A stretch of DNA of 64,000 nucleotides from Alphaproteobacteria bacterium (GTDB taxonomy: Bacteria; Pseudomonadota; Alphaproteobacteria; UBA828). Shown here piece by piece: positions 61,708 through 64,000 of this stretch. Numbering within the stretch: position 1 is the first letter of the stretch; every line of letters begins with the position of its first letter. Position numbers and translations under genes: made by a program. Under the pieces are notes generated by a model that saw nothing but the letters and a program-made list of their open reading frames with translations, was not told the origin of the DNA and searched no databases. The stretch is from assembly GCA_965214705.1 (NCBI GenBank), contig CBDCCI010000002.1, positions 480,001 through 544,000 of the forward strand. The letters are read 5' to 3'.

Positions 61708-62699
61708 CCCCCCCCCCCCCCCGCGTGCGGAAGAAAGAATCCGGCTCCCCAACTCAAGTGCATGGTTGCTAGGATCACCGGGAGAATGAACGCGGTGTAG
61801 GAACGGCGACGGATCCCGACCGTCAGGGACCCCATCATCAGGACGAAGAGGTAAGCGAGCGGCAACGCTACTGCCGCCTCCCAAGGGGCTCCAGCCGGAG
61901 CCAGGAGAGCCGAGACAGCCAGCCCCGACACCAGCAGCGGGGCGGCGAGATGCCGAATCCGCAGCGACGCGGGGTGCTGCCGCAGCATCGATATCTTCAT
62001 CCGGCCATAGTTGAAATATTGCTTGGCCAAGGCGCGCAGCGTGCCGCGGGGCCGGTATTCGACCGCGAGCTCGGGATCGAACCACACCGTCTCCCCTCGT
62101 TGCCGCAACCGGTAGTTGACCTCGTAGTCTTCGTTGCCATGCAGGGAGCGGTTGAAACTGCCCGCCGCTTCCAATGCTTCGCGTCGAAAGACGCCCAGGT
62201 AGACGGTGTCGGTCGGCCCCGCAGGGCCGCCAAGCCGATAACGCGCGTCGCCTGCCCCAAGTGGGGTGGTCATCGCGGTCGCTACCGCCCGCTCGAAGAA
62301 CGTGGTCCCGACCGCCCGTTGCCGGCCGCCCACATTCGCGGCCCCCGTTCTCTGAAGCGTCTCGACCGCGCCGCGCAGATATCCGGGCAGGAAAAACGCA
62401 TGGGCGTCGCAACGCACGATCACACACCCCGTCGCGACCTGCAGCGCTGCGAGGATGCCGGGGACGTGCAACTGGTCGGGGTTGGGGATCAGTCGCACCG
62501 ACGGGAAGAGTCGTCGAATCAGCTCCGCGGTAGCAGGGGTGTCGGAACCGTCGGAGACAATCACCTCTACCGGGCCCGGGTAATCCTGGGATATCACCGA
62601 ATCGAGACACTCCGCGATGGTCGCTTCAGCGTTGCGGGTCGGTATGATAACCGACACTGCGGGAAGGCGATTGGCGACGGCTGCTACTGGCTGCTTCAT
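61708..62699 (-). CDS. GT2 glycosyltransferase (ExoA-like), extreme C-terminus cut by the IS
   Basis: VSVIIPTRN, VRCDAHA, NEDYEVNYRLR, KQYFNYG. Confidence 0.87.
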
Positions 62700-62858
62700 G
62701 GGATGATCTTGGACATGCCCCTTGCGCTCAGAAGGCGATCAAAATACTCGATCACCTTCTCGAGTCCAGTTTCCAAAGGCGTGGCCGGCGTCCAATCGAG
62801 GTCATTCTTGGCTTTCGTGATGTCGGGCTGCCGCCGTCGCGGATCGTCTTGCGGCAAT
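62696..62858 (-). pseudogene. UDP-glucuronate decarboxylase/NAD-dependent epimerase C-terminal fragment
   Basis: LPQDDPRRRQPDITKAK...LETGLEKVIEYF. Confidence 0.75.
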
Positions 62859-62863
62859 CTTTA

Positions 62864-62901
62864 GGGTTGAGCAGGTTCGCGAGAGCGATCCTGCTCAACC
62901 C
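62864..62901. other. Hairpin at the end of an IS91-like element
   Basis: GGGTTGAGCAGG...CCTGCTCAACCC next to a GCTTCGTTCAA motif on the minus strand. Confidence 0.6.
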
Positions 62902-63160
62902 GTTTGAACGAAGCCGCGGGCCCCGAGACTGGACGTTGGATATGTGGAAAGTGCGCCGGTGGCGCGCTTAGGAAGGGATGACTGGCGGGATGCCTGTTGT
63001 CGCGGCTGCTGTTTCAGTCCGGGCTGGGCCGGCCTTCGGCACGTGAATCGGGGAGATCGATCGGGTCGAGCGGCGCGCCTGCGTGCATGATCGGGATCGA
63101 GCACGAGTTGCCCGGCTTGCCGGCGAGACGGCGCGGACGCACGAAGCTGAAGCGAAGGGA

Positions 63161-64000
63161 TTACCCACGGCTGCGACCCGTGTTCGGGCACCCGTCGGGT
63201 GGCGCCCGGCTCGCGTGGGCGGGACGCTGGCGAGGGATCTGGCGGACGAGGCGCAGCGGCGCTCCGCAATCGGGACAGGCCACGGGAGCGGTTCCGGGGT
63301 CCGCTATTTCGTCGCGCTCGCGCTCGCCTTTGGGCGCATCGTCATCGACACACTCGTCGTCGGGACAGCCGATAGGGCCGAGGGCTTCGCGCGCGCGCTC
63401 CAGCGTCCTGGCGCGGCATCCGTTGGCGAGGATGCCGAAGTGACGGATGCGGTGCATCCCGTCGGGCAGGACATGGAGCAGGAAGCGGCGGATGAACTCG
63501 TCGACGCTGACGGTCATGGTGCCGTAGCGGGGCTTGCTCTGCCCTGGCCCCTTGGGCTTTCGGTGCCGGAAGGAGACGGTCTCGCCGTCGAAGGCCGTGA
63601 TGCGGCTGTCGGAGATTGCGATCCGGTGGGTGTAGCGGGCGAGGTATCGGAACACCTGCCCAGGCCCGCGGAAGGGCCGCTTGGCGTAGACCACCCAGTC
63701 CCTGCTGCGTGCGGCGGCGAGTGTGGCGTGGAACTCGCCGGGGTTGGCGAGATGGGCGACGGTGCCGTGGAACTCCAGCTCGCCGCGGCCATGGGCGAGA
63801 GCCAACTCTTCGAGGAAGCGGCGGCGAAAGAAGCTGGCCAGGACCTTGACGGGGGCGAAGAAGGTGCCGCTCCCGGTCTTCCACTCGCCGCTCTCGACAT
63901 CGAAGCCCGCGTTGGGCACCACCACGTGCAGATGGGGATGGAAGCGGAGCTTCTGGTCCCAGGTATGGAGAACCGCGGTTCCGCCGATGCGCATGCCCCC
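63161..64000 (-). CDS. IS91-family transposase (partial, runs off the window)
   Basis: LHTWDQ..HPHLH, YLARYTHR, FIRRFLLHVLP. Confidence 0.9.
   Translation of the reverse strand, partial: GGMRIGGTAVLHTWDQKLRFHPHLHVVVPNAGFDVESGEWKTGSGTFFAPVKVLASFFRRRFLEELALAHGRGELEFHGTVAHLANPGEFHATLAAARSRDWVVYAKRPFRGPGQVFRYLARYTHRIAISDSRITAFDGETVSFRHRKPKGPGQSKPRYGTMTVSVDEFIRRFLLHVLPDGMHRIRHFGILANGCRARTLERAREALGPIGCPDDECVDDDAPKGERERDEIADPGTAPVACPDCGAPLRLVRQIPRQRPAHASRAPPDGCPNTGRSRG

Overview
GC-rich bacterial accessory region made almost entirely of mobile DNA. Bases 173-29263 form one integrated, probably mobilizable element. It sits inside an IS transposase gene and is bounded by a 12-bp direct repeat and a 14-bp subterminal inverted repeat. 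It carries two tandem tyrosine recombinases, an IS21 remnant hit by an IS1111-type IS110, a NYN nuclease, a complete Myxan/Cmx8-type I-B CRISPR-Cas locus (cas6, cas3, cas8, cas7, cas5, cas4-cas1, cas2 and a 20-repeat array), a MobF/TrwC relaxase and three RHH proteins. Between cas6 and cas3 is a degenerate two-repeat mini-array. Its spacer matches a PAM-flanked site just upstream of a 62-aa ORF, suggesting a CreA/CreR-like regulatory or addiction circuit. Two more copies of the tandem-recombinase module occur; one shares a CACACC-N6 junction motif and also abuts a transposase gene. The right half is a decayed surface-polysaccharide locus fragmented by nested IS4, IS1634, IS110, IS91-like, IS66, ISAs1 and IS186-like elements and MITEs. 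All coordinates and family calls were read by eye; no database search was run.
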